DNA of 41,245 nucleotides from Chrysochromulina tobinii (GCA_001275005.1 JWZX01003369.1:1-41245); one strand, 5' to 3'; shown: positions 22,899 through 33,696, counted from the stretch's first letter. The notes: generated by a model not told the origin, from the sequence alone. A program made the numbers and translations.

Positions 22899-24209
22899 CT
22901 AATCGACCTTGGCCTCCTTGATCACCTTGTAGTCGAAGTTGCCCACGCGCCATAGGTTCATGTAGGTCACGTAGAGGCACGTCCAGTAGGAGCGCACGTC
23001 GTACTCGACGCCGTGCTTGGCGAAGAGCGCCATGACGCGCGGCTGAATCTTGGGGTGGTTGTACTGCGGCATCGCGGGGAAGAGGTGGTGCTCAATCTGG
23101 AAGTTGAGGTACGCCATCCACCAGTTGCACCACCAGCTCGACGTGCAGTTGGTCGTGTGGTTGGCCGAGTACAGCGTCCACGAGATGTGCTTCGTCTTCG
23201 GGATCACGTCCTTATGCGTGTGCGAGACGGCGAAGTTGGTGAAGATGTACGTGGCGCCGACGGCCAGGTGCGCAAAGTACAAGCCCGCCGAGCGCGACAG
23301 ACCCATGTAGCCAAAGGCCTGGTGCCAGAGCACGTAGCGCAGCGCCATCCAGACGAGCTCGAGGTAGTTTCCCACACGCTGGGCGTGATTCGGGTGCTGG
23401 ACGAACTGCCAGACGAAGGCGACCAGCGTGGTGATGACGCCGCCGAAGAAGAGGGGCGCCTGCAGCATCAGCCACTTCTTCGAGCCCTTGACGCCGATGA
23501 TCTTATGGAAAGCCACGAGGGGCAGTGTCTGCAGGTCGGGATCGGCACCGAGCTTCTGCGGCGTCGTGTGGTGCTTGTTGTGCTGGTTGCGCCAGTAGCA
23601 GCCCGACATGCCGCAGCCGAGGCCATAGATGATCATCTGCAGGTGGCGGTCGATCTTGATGTTGCCCGTGAGCGAGTAGTGGCCGCCCTCGTGCTGCAGC
23701 CAGCCGCAGCGGCCTTGCGCGATGCCCATCATGAGCATGCCCGTCCACCAACGGCCGCCCCAGATGAGGACGAGGCTCGCGGCGTACATGGCAATCACCT
23801 CGCCGATGCGGTAGGCCACGTGCGCGAGGTTGGGCTCAAAGTACCCCTCCTGGAGCAGCTGCTGCCGGAGCTCCTCAAAGTCCTTGCTGAGAGCATCTTT
23901 CTCGTAGTCAGCATCGACGGGACGCGAGGGCAGTGAGGCGAGCATCTTGGCCGCCTTCTTGGAGCGCAGGTGGAAGTTGTTGTACGCGTCGCTCGCGTCC
24001 GAGCCGAGCTGGTACGTGATCACCTTGCCACCTGGGTGGCGCTTGACGAACGCGCTCACGTCGTACACCACGCCGTTGATGATCATCTCCTTCTCGGCGT
24101 CGATCGAAGAGACGGTGAGGTCGGCCGCATCCGTGCGGCTGTCGTTCGTGAGGCCGTGGTAGATCTCGGGGAGGACGGTGGCGTGGCGTTCAGGCGCTTT
24201 GCTGGCCAT
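22899..24209 (-). CDS. Front-end fatty acid desaturase with cytochrome b5 domain, most likely delta-5 desaturase
   Basis: HPGG heme motif; His boxes HEGGH, HNKHH and QIEHH. From memory it closely resembles the Emiliania huxleyi delta-5 desaturase (SRTDAADLTVSSID, YGLGCGMSGCYWRNQHNKHH). ATG at 24209, intronless. Confidence 0.93.
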   Translation of the reverse strand: MASKAPERHATVLPEIYHGLTNDSRTDAADLTVSSIDAEKEMIINGVVYDVSAFVKRHPGGKVITYQLGSDASDAYNNFHLRSKKAAKMLASLPSRPVDADYEKDALSKDFEELRQQLLQEGYFEPNLAHVAYRIGEVIAMYAASLVLIWGGRWWTGMLMMGIAQGRCGWLQHEGGHYSLTGNIKIDRHLQMIIYGLGCGMSGCYWRNQHNKHHTTPQKLGADPDLQTLPLVAFHKIIGVKGSKKWLMLQAPLFFGGVITTLVAFVWQFVQHPNHAQRVGNYLELVWMALRYVLWHQAFGYMGLSRSAGLYFAHLAVGATYIFTNFAVSHTHKDVIPKTKHISWTLYSANHTTNCTSSWWCNWWMAYLNFQIEHHLFPAMPQYNHPKIQPRVMALFAKHGVEYDVRSYWTCLYVTYMNLWRVGNFDYKVIKEAKVD

Positions 24210-24436
24210 TCTGCAGAATAGATTCCCGATCCTGCATTCGAGGGCCGCCGTCTCTATTTTCCCACACATTTCTCGTTTCTTGTCAAGTCAGGACGGTCAC
24301 ATCAAAGAACAATTCAAAAAAGTCCAAGCCACTTCAAAGCACGCCACATCCCGCGTCCCGTTTCCTCGAAAGTTATCCCCGTGACGAGCCAGTGACGAGC
24401 CTGCTACGCGCACCCGCCATTGGACGAATCCTGAAG

Positions 24437-24934
24437 ATGTCCCTCGAGGCTGAAGGATTGTGTGTTGTCGTGCCCGATGCTGATGCGGACTACGTCTTCG
24501 TACCACATGCATTTCGGTACAAGGGCACGTACCGTGACGATATTCGCGAGCAAGAAGTCTACGAGCAGGATGCAGGATCGTGGATCCCAATAGAGTCTCC
24601 GACGTCCACGACGGCCTCCATCCGCACAATGTCTTGTGCGCGGAAGCAACAACTGATGGAGACAACAACTGACGGAAGCAGTGACCGGCTGTCCGAGTGG
24701 GCAGCCGATCCAGCAGATCCGACTAGTGGCTCCGAATGTCCAGCAAAGCCCGCTGGCGGCTTCACCAGGATGGCGAGCGTGGCTGCAAAGGCACGACTCG
24801 AGCGAGCCGCAGCTCGCGAGAGAGCCCGGGCGACAACACCGGCTAGGGAGCGCTGGGCGATGAGCTCCTCTTGGAGCCCGCGAGACTTTCGCCAAGCACT
24901 GCAACAATCCGCTGCGATCGAGTCTCCACTGTAA
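24437..24934 (+). CDS. Hypothetical protein (165 aa)
   Basis: ATG-started ORF divergent from the desaturase, with a plausible globular N-terminal half. No motif recognised. Confidence 0.4.
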   Translation: MSLEAEGLCVVVPDADADYVFVPHAFRYKGTYRDDIREQEVYEQDAGSWIPIESPTSTTASIRTMSCARKQQLMETTTDGSSDRLSEWAADPADPTSGSECPAKPAGGFTRMASVAAKARLERAAARERARATTPARERWAMSSSWSPRDFRQALQQSAAIESPL

Positions 24935-25164
24935 GTAAGAAAAACATGCCAACAGGCAGCGTACACGTGGCGAGGGAGTCTCCACTGTGATTCTGTGCGG
25001 TCACTGAGATAGAGGTCGGTACCTTCAGTCAGGGAATGAAAACACAATCCGCACACCGAAAAGATTGCCAGTTCGGCTAGTTGTTGTTCACATGAGCGCA
25101 TGTGAGTGTACAAGATCGTAGCTAATACTCGCTCAATCCGAATCAAAATTAATAGGCTGCGCGT

Positions 25165-28100
25165 TCACAACTGATCCACGCCGTGTGCATACGGGCCTCG
25201 ATCTCTCCACCCCCCAAAGTGCTTTTCCGCCACCTGCTTGGCCTGGTTGCCAACCAAGTCCAGCGACTTGAGAGCGGGCAACGCCGCGTCTGCCGCCGCC
25301 GTCAGTGCAGCCACACCGGCAGAGCCCATCAGATTGTTGTAGAGCCAGAGCTTCTCGAGCTTGGCGAGCACCACACCTCGAGGCATCTCCCATGAGGTCT
25401 CTCCAGTCTCGGCACGGAAGAAGTAGAGCGCGCCTGTCTCTTCGTCCTCGTGCGCCTCCCAGCCGGGCGCGAGCGTGGCCATCAACGGCGGCGCATCTCC
25501 GCAAATCTCCCGCGGATCTCCGCAGATCTCCCGCGGATCTCCTCCGCAGATCTCTGCCATCGCACTCGATCCCGCGATCGCCGCCGCCGCAAAGCCACCA
25601 ACGCGACCCGAGGACAGCGACTGAGCGAGTGCGACGGCTCCGGCGTCTCCGATCCGATTCGAATGCAGGTAGAGCGTCTGCAGATTGGCCAACGCGCCCT
25701 TGGCAATCGCACCGGCTAATGCAGCTGCGCCCTGATCGCCGATGTGGTTGCGGTTGGCATCCAGAAAGACCAACCGGGCAAGGCTGCCGCTCGCCAGCGC
25801 ACCCGCAAGCTCCACCATCCCCGCGTCATCGACCTGATTGTTGTCGATGTAGAGCCACTCGAGATGACTCAGCGCCCCAAATCGCGTCGCATCGGCGAGG
25901 GTCGTGAGGCCTTCGCCGCTGATCGCGTTGCAGCTGAGCAGCAGTCGTTTGAGTCTCGGCACTCCCTCGAGATCTCGTAAGATCGTCGAGATCACGACGA
26001 GATCGTCGTCCACGAGCCGTTTTCGCGCCCAATCGGCGCCCACCTCAGTGCACAACTTCTCGCGTGTGCTGCCCACCTGCGTCCAGAACGCCGCCGCCTT
26101 CTCGGTCAGGAGGCGCTCATCGTGCAGTGCCAGCTTGGTGGCGGCGTTCTCCAGATGGCCACGCCATGCGTCCTCAGCTGCGGTTGCGCGGTATGCGGCC
26201 GCCCGCCGCTCTACTGCATGTCGTTGCTTGATTGCATCCAGATGCTCGGTCCAATGCCCATGATCGAGTGAGATTGCTTGAGTGCATCCAGATTGTGTCA
26301 GATGCTCGGCCCCATGCCCCGGCGGCACCGGCTGGCACGGCGACGGGTGGCCGCTATCTGTGGCGAGCTCGAGCTCGATCTCATGCTTCGAGGCCATCTG
26401 CTCGTCTTCGAGTCGCAGCCGCTCTCTCATTGCTGCGGCCGCCCTTGGCAGCCAGAGCACCTCACGCACTACATTCTCGCCCACCGCCCGCAGCAGCTCG
26501 CGCACCGGGGCGTCGACCAGCCGCTTGCCCGCCTCCTCCGCCGTTGCCTTAAGAGCGCCCTCGAGCTGGCAGGCGGCCTCCTCGAGTGCGCGCATGAGCT
26601 TCTCGCGCACCTGATGAGGACGGCACTCTGAGGCATTCAGTAGCACTCAGTGGCACTCAGTCGCACTCAGTCGCATTCAGTCGCACTCAGTGGCACTCGG
26701 AGGCACTCGGAGGCACTCAGCAGCCTCCTCGAGCGCACCTCGGCGATGCATGCAAAGTGTGTGAGCATGCAAGCCATATTGTGCAGCTCCCGGCGCGCTC
26801 GCTCAAACTGCTCCCCCACTGCCGTCGCGATCGCGTCCCTGGCGCCGTCGTGATCGTCGGCAACGGCCTTGCCACTCTTGCCCCCATCGACCTTCTCGTC
26901 GCCTCCGCCATCACCCTTGGGCCGACTATCAGGCTCGTCACTGCCCTCGCTGCCAGAGCCTTCATCGCGCGCCTCCGAGGCAGCAACGACGGCACGCAGC
27001 GTCGCCAGTCCATTCTCAATCACGTGATGGAGCGCATCATCTACGAGCTCCGACACGAAGTCACTCTCGAGACGCTTGAGCTCGAGCGCATCGGCGGCCG
27101 CATCCGCTGCCGCCTCGTACTCCCCCCCGCCCACGGCCACCTCGATGGTCTCGCGCAGAGCCATCACGAGGCCACGCATGCTCTCCTGCGACGTGAGCAG
27201 GGTGGCCTTCAGTGACAATGGCGACTATCTCAGTGGCAGTCAACGGCCAACGGCAACCTCAAGGGCGACCCGGCTCCTCAGTGGCAATTACCTTGTCGGC
27301 ATCGTCGATGGCGGTCTGGAAGAGGGAGCTCGGCTCAGCGATGGGCTCGAGCTTCCGAAGGACAGCGAGCACCTGCGCGCGCGTACGCCAAGTCGCATCC
27401 CCGCGCTCAAGGAGATGATATAGGATCACATGCGACTCGTTGAGCGCCGAGATGAGCTCACGCGCGGCCGCATCGAGTCCAGTTGGGTCGAGCAAGCGCC
27501 TCCGGTGGTCGTCGGCCGTTAAGGGGCGACCAGACTCTGGATGGACGACGGGTGCCTTGCTGATCGCGAGGAGGATCGAGGGCGCATTCGCCTTGACGTG
27601 CGCCATGGTGCCGAAGAGGCCCGAGAGGATGTGGAAGAGGTCCTTGACCCCCTTGCCTCGGTCCGCGAGCAGCGAGTGATAGTTTATGATCACGACGACG
27701 AGCACACTCGCGGCGGCTGAGATCGTCTGCTTGACGTTGACTGCGTTCGCCACGTTGATCTCGAAGCCCCGGTTATCAAGGAAGCCCGGGCAGTCGGCAA
27801 AGGCGAACCCCTCTCCCAGGCTCTCTGCCGCCGACTCCACCTGAGGCGCACGGGTCTCTGGCTAGTTGGCAGTGCACTCGATCGTCCTCCATCGCAATTC
27901 ATGGGCAATCAGTCGTCGTCACCTGAGGCGCAAAGGTCTCCGATCGGTTGGTATGGCCGATTATCATGAGCTCTGTGACCGCGGATGCCCGGCTGACGAC
28001 CATGGTGTCGTCGGCGCTGAGCTCAAAGGTGCATCCGTGCAGCAGGTTGATGAAGGCAGACTTGCCCGCGCCGGTGTTCCCAAGAACCACCACACACCGC

Positions 28101-29260
28101 TTGCCCAACGCATGTCGCGACTGCGCCTGACCATGCTCAACACAACACAGCAAGCAGTGGCGAGACTCCTCGGCGGTGAGCGTGACGCCGCCGGGGGTGC
28201 AAAGCTTCTTATGAATCACCGGATCGACTTGGCCGCTCGCGAGCGAGGCTGTTCGTGTGGTGCGTGTGGCATGTCGCGCCTCCTGCCGCTGTGAACCACG
28301 CCCGGCGTGTCGAGCCACCGCCTCCCTCAGCCGCGTACGTGCCAGCTCGATGGTCTCGAGCTCGCCGAGCGAGCTCACTTGTGCGAGCTCTTGTAGGCAG
28401 TGCCAGAGCTCCGAGCACGCCGGGTAGCTCGCCGGGAGGCCGACTGGCCCATGCTCACCACAGCGCTCCATTCCTGAGTGGATAGCCTCCGGATTTGGAT
28501 GGATAGCCTCCGGATTTGGATGGACAGACTCCGGATTTGGATGGACAGACTCCGGATTTGGATGGACAGACTCCGGATTTGGATGGACAGACTCCGGATT
28601 TGGATGGACAGACTCCGGATTTGGATGGATAGCCTCCGGCTGAACAGCCATCGGCGAGGTTGCGGACGGCTGCGCAGGTTCGGGGTCCTGCGCGTCTTCT
28701 GGCAGCCGCTGCCGTATCAGCGCCACCAGGGCAGCTTTGGGGTCCTCGCTGTCGAAACAGGTCACGAGGCATTCGCTTGGCGTGGTCTACAGCACCTCGC
28801 AAGCTCGCCTGTAGAGGGTGCCGAGGCTTCCCTCTAGGTTTTCGTGGGCTTCGCGCCGCCGCTGAACCACAGCGGAAGGACTGGCTGGGCATGCCCTCTT
28901 CCCTCCCGAAGTGAAAGGCTGAACATGGTCGTCATCGCTCGCCTTGCTCGTACTGAGGCTGCCCATCTCGCCGCTCTGGTCCTGCACTTCCTTCCGAATG
29001 GTCACGATCTGCTTGCGGGTTGCCTCGATGAAGACTTTGCGCGCAAGCACCTCTCGTGCGTCATGCTGAGTCTGCATGCGACTGCCCTCCACAATGCTCA
29101 CCGTGTCCTCCAAGTCCTGCAAATCCCACTCGACAGCGCGCAGGCCGGACAGCAGCTCCAAGCTCAGTCGCTCGAAAAGGTTACTCTTGCTATCGAGCAC
29201 CTTCCACTTAGCGTGCATCTCCTCCAGCATCCGGACCAAGTTTTGCACCTCCTCGTCCAT
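25165..29260 (-). CDS. Syntaxin6_N-like domain + TRAFAC GTPase + RI-like LRR with embedded WW domain; exons 29260-27923 (in-frame TAG at 28789-28787), 27840-27292, 27206-26739, 26610-25165
   Basis: EWDLQDLEDTVSIVE...ARKVFI (syntaxin-6 N-terminal); G1 GNTGAGKS, G2 SET, G3 DCPG, G4-like ISKA; LRRs such as LQTLYLHSNRIGDAGAVALA; WW domain GWEAHEDEETGALYFFRAETGETSWEMP. Three phase-0 GT-AG introns join the ORFs in frame. Confidence 0.75.
26622..26720 (-). repeat. Intronic 10-nt tandem repeat (CCACTGAGTG/CGACTGAGTG variants, gene sense) in intron 26738-26611
   Basis: Seen as GCACTCAGTG/GCACTCAGTC units on the + strand. Confidence 0.93.
28480..28639 (-). repeat. 21-nt coding minisatellite, ~7.6 copies, encoding PE(S/A)(V/I)HPN
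   Basis: GGATAGCCTCCGGATTTGGAT / GGACAGACTCCGGATTTGGAT units on the + strand. Confidence 0.95.
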
Positions 29261-29455
29261 TGCGGGCCTGTCGCCGACGCCGACGAGAAGCTTGCTTGGG
29301 CCTTGCTTGTGACATCGCGGAAAGTTTCCCTATTAGGACAACATGCACCGCTCGTCTGGCAATTGTTGTTGCGATAAATCGCATGAGGATTTGAGATTCA
29401 TATCGAATCTGAGATTCGATTGGAGAGCTTCGTCGAAGTCCCACGAAGCTGAGTC

Positions 29456-32400
29456 ATGTCGGGTCCACCACCGCCTCCGAAGCCGGGAGTTCTCGGTCTG
29501 CCGCCCGTACCTTTTCGCAAGCTGTACGCGTATGCGAGCGGCTTTGACATATTCCTCACCATTGTTGGCTGTGTCAGCGGCTTTACGGCGGGTGTGGTGC
29601 TTCCGCTGTTTTCGATTGTGTTTGGAAATGGGCTCGATTCGTTTAACAACCCTATGGCATCCATGGACTCCATCGTTGATTCAATATCAACGCTCGCCTA
29701 TTTCTTCTTCTATATCGCCATCGTAGCCGGCGGGCTCACGTTTCTTCAGGTGCTCTGCATGGGTCTGGCCACTTCCAACATGATCGATCGGATGAGAACG
29801 GCTTATGCAGAGAACCTGTTGCGCCTCGACTTTGCATGGTATGACACGCACCGTACTAGCGAGGCTGTGGCGCGCCTCGCAGAGAGCACCATCAGCATCT
29901 CGTCTGGGCTCACGAAAGTGGCGACCGTTCTAAACTACACCGCCACGATCATTGCGGGCCTGGCGATCGGTTTCCGAACCTCATGGAAGCTCACCCTAGT
30001 CATCTTCGCGTGCGCTCCCCTGTTTGCGATCGCACTGGGCTTTGTGATTGCCATCGCAATCAACGGTGAGAAGAAGGGACGCGTCGCATACTCTCGTGCA
30101 GGCGGCGCTGCAAACGAAGTCCTCTCCCTCATTCGGGCCGTTGGAGCCTATGGCGGAGAGAGACATGAGATGCGCCGGTATGAGACCTGTTTGGAGGCGG
30201 CTCGACGGGCCGGAGTGGACCAAGTGGCATTGGGCTAGCGGTCGGGGTCATGGTATCTACCTTCTACGCCATGTATGGCATTGCGCTCTTCTCTGGCGCC
30301 ATGTTCGTGATCGAGTCGCGTCGCGTCGACCCGTTGTGCGCGTACGACACGGGCCGTGAGGGCTGCTTCACGGGAGGTCAGGTGATCATCACGTTCATCG
30401 CTGTGCAGCTCTCGGCCCTCTCGATTGGTCAGATTGGGCCGAGCATCGGCATTGTTGCAGGTGCCCGTGCCGCTGCCGCTGACGTCTTCGGAGTCATCGA
30501 CGCAAAACCCGTCGTTGATATCAACGACGACAATCCCAAGCTGTTCCGCGGCAGCGCGCCAACCTCCACCGAGGTCTCAAGTGGTCTCCCCATCACCTTC
30601 AAGGATGTGACGTTCGCGTACCCGTCGCGTAGCGAGGAGCCGGTGCTCCGGGGCTTCTCTCTCGACGTCGCAGCCGGCGAGCGCGTGGGCATTGTCGGCA
30701 CGAGCGGTTCCGGCAAGAGCACGCTCGTGCTGCTCGCCATGCGTGCCTATGAGCTGAACACGAGCAAGAGTGGTTCCGTCACTGTGGACGGAGTGGACAC
30801 ACGCCAGTGGCACGTACAGTCTCTGCGTAAGCAACTCGGCCTGGTGCAGCAAGAGCCGATCCTCTTCGGCCTGTCGATTGCCGAGAACATCGCTCTGGGC
30901 GTGGCAGACCGCCTCGCGAGCGAAGTGACTCGTGCTGAGATCGAGGCGGCGGCAAAGAAGGCCAACGCCCACGAGTTCATCTTGGACGCTGCCCGACGGT
31001 TACGAGACGAACGCAGGCTCCGGGGTCTCGAGCACTCAGCTGTCGGGTGGTCAGCGCCAGCGCATCTGCATCGCGCGGGCGATCATCCGGAGGCCGAAGA
31101 TCCTTCTACTTGACGAGGCCACCTCCGCCCTCGACACGAAGAGTGAGCGGGTCGTGCAGCACGCGCTGGACACCATGACCAAGGAGGATGCCGCGACCAC
31201 CCTCGTCATCGCCCATCGCCTCTCCACCCTGGCCAACATGAACCGAATCGTCGTGATGGAGAGAGGTGTGCTCGTCGAATCAGGTCGTCACGAGGAGCTC
31301 GCAGTCAAGGAGGGCGGCGTCTATAAAGAGATGCTCCTCGGCCAGAAAATCGAGACGAAAGTAGACCCTAAGGCCCTTGCGGTGGACGCCACCAAGGCCA
31401 AGGTCCTCCCGGAGGAGGACAGTCCAAAGTTGGCCAAACTCGGCAGTGGCGAGGATGCTTCAGGCGGCGCAGCGAAAAGCGCCGCGCCGACAACTGATCA
31501 GGCGGCGGCGTCACGCTGGCAGATTCTACGCCGTGTCTGGACGATCCAGCGACCTGGCACCGTCCACCTCTTTCCAATAGGCATCTTGGCTGCTGCCGGC
31601 GGAGGGTGCATCTCACCACTCCTTGCGATCGTCTATGGCGGCGCGATCACCGTCTTCTTCTCTCTCGACGAGGAGTACATTCGCGAGCGATCTCTCGTCT
31701 ACCTTGGCTACTTTGGGCTGCTCGCCCTTGGGGTCTTCGCCTCCATTGCCATCCGCCAGCTCGTGTTTGCCCTCGTCGGCGAGCGCTTGATCATGCGGCT
31801 GCGCGCGCGCTCATACGGGGCGCTGGTCCGCCTTCCGGCGTCGTTCTACGATGTGCAATCGAACTCGCTCGGCGCGCTCACCACTCAACTCTCAACGGAC
31901 TCGACGCTCGTCAAAGGAGCGACCGGCGAAGTTCTCGCGACCATCTTTGAGGCTGTCGGCGCGGTCCTCTGTGCAGTCATCATTGCCTTCGTCAACTCGT
32001 GGCGCTTTGCTCTCGTCCTCATGTCGGTGTATCCGCTGCTCATTCTCGGGGGCATCTTCGAGTTCAAGTCCTATGCGGGCATCGAGAAGCTCGGTAACAA
32101 GAAGCTCGAGGATGCCTCTACGGTCCTCTCCGAGAGCATCTCCGCCTCGCGCACTGTCGCGGCCTTCGGCTTGCAGCCACGCTCCACGACGATGTATCGG
32201 GAGGCGCTGCGCTCGCTGCGCTCCAAAGAGGCTTGGGCCATCTTCTCAGTGGCCTTCGGCCAGAGCTTCGAGAGAGCGGTGTTGCAGTGCACGTACGGAA
32301 TCGCCTTCCTCGTCGGCGCCCGTTTCATCCGGGAGGGCTTCCTGACCTTCAGCCAGCTCCTCAACACTTTCCTCGCGGTGACGCTCTCCGCCGAGCAGAT

Positions 32401-33696
32401 GGGCCGAATCACCGCGTCGGCCCCGGACCTCGCGAAAGCATCCAACGCCGCCGAGAAGATCATCAAGCTCATCGACTCGGGCGAGGCGTCGCCTATCGAC
32501 CCACTGAGCGAGGCCGGGCTCGTGTGCGGCCAGAGTGGTAGCACGGGCGGCTCCTCGGGTCTGCGCATCGAGTTTCGGCGCGTGAGCTTTGCTTACCCGT
32601 CGCGCCCCAATGTGCCGGTGCTGTCTAACTTTTCATTCGTAATCGAGGCCGGGCAGTACGTGGGTGTGGTCGGCGCGAGTGGCTCCGGTAATTGCCCTTT
32701 GATAGCCCCCTCTGATTGCCATCCATCACATAGGAGCACGCGCGCTCTCCTGATCTGATTGCCCTCTGATTGCCCTCTGACTGCCCTCCGTCAGGTAAGA
32801 GCACGCTCGCTCTCCTAATCGGGCGAGTATACGACGTCGACGAGGGCGCCGTGCTCGTCGACGGCATCGATGTGCGCGAATGGAACGTGCGTGCGCTGCG
32901 CTCGCTCATCGGCCTCGTCCAGCAGGAGCCCGCCCTCTTCGCCGACTCTATCGCTTACAATATCGGGTACGGCACGCCCAGCGCCGAGAAGCCCGTCGAA
33001 GGCCAAGGCGTCCTGCCCCTCGAAACTGGTGGCTCAGAGGGCATGGCTACGGACGCAGCCGAGGCCGGGGCTTCGCTCCACAACAATACAAGCGCGGTAG
33101 GCGAGGGCAAGGTCTCCCCTCAGACCTCCGATCAGACTAAATCGACTAGCCCAGCGGAGGGGAAGCCGCGCTCGAAGGCTAAGAAAGCCGTTGTGGCGCA
33201 GGCCGTCGAGATGACTTTCGCACCTCCTCCCGACGAGATTGTGAACGCGGCCAAAATGGCCAATGCTGCGACGTTCATCGATACCTTTCCGGCCACATAC
33301 GCAACCTTTTGCGGCACGCGCGGCTCGCAGCTCTCGGGAGGGCAGAAGCAGCGCGTGGCCATTGCGCGCGCACTCTACCGGGCGCCTGCCATCTTGCTTC
33401 TGGACGAGGCAACCGCCGCTCTCGACACGAAGAGCGAGGCAGTCGTGCAAGAGGCCCTCGACCGTATCATTGAGGAGGGACGACGCACCAAGCCGGGCGA
33501 GACTGCCAAGCCGACTCGCACGACCGTGTGCATCGCGCACCGTCTAAGCACCCTCAAGAGTGCCGATCGCATCGTCGTCCTCGAGAAGGGTATTCTCGCT
33601 GAAGATGGGACGCACGATCAATTAATGAGCATGCCCTCTGGCAAGTATCGGGCGCTCGCGATGGCGCAGGGTGCGGCGATGAGCGCCACGGCCTGA
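29456..33696 (+). CDS. ABCB1: Full-size ABCB (MDR1/P-glycoprotein-like) transporter; frameshifts at ~30233 (-1) and ~30985 (+1); intron 32688-32794
   Basis: TMD-NBD-TMD-NBD layout. NBD1: [55 protein letters not shown]2: GASGSGKST (split by the intron), [25 protein letters not shown]. Confidence 0.92.
32688..32794 (+). other. Intron (107 nt, phase 1) with 11-nt TGCCCTCTGAT-type repeats, splitting the NBD2 Walker A motif
   Basis: TCCG|GTAATT...TCAG|GTAAG. Splicing gives GASGSGKST. Confidence 0.88.

Noticed and set aside
20520..33696. Metabolic gene cluster (APC transporter, desaturase, ABCB)
   Set aside because: No shared pathway or core biosynthetic enzyme. Adjacency is expected in a compact genome.
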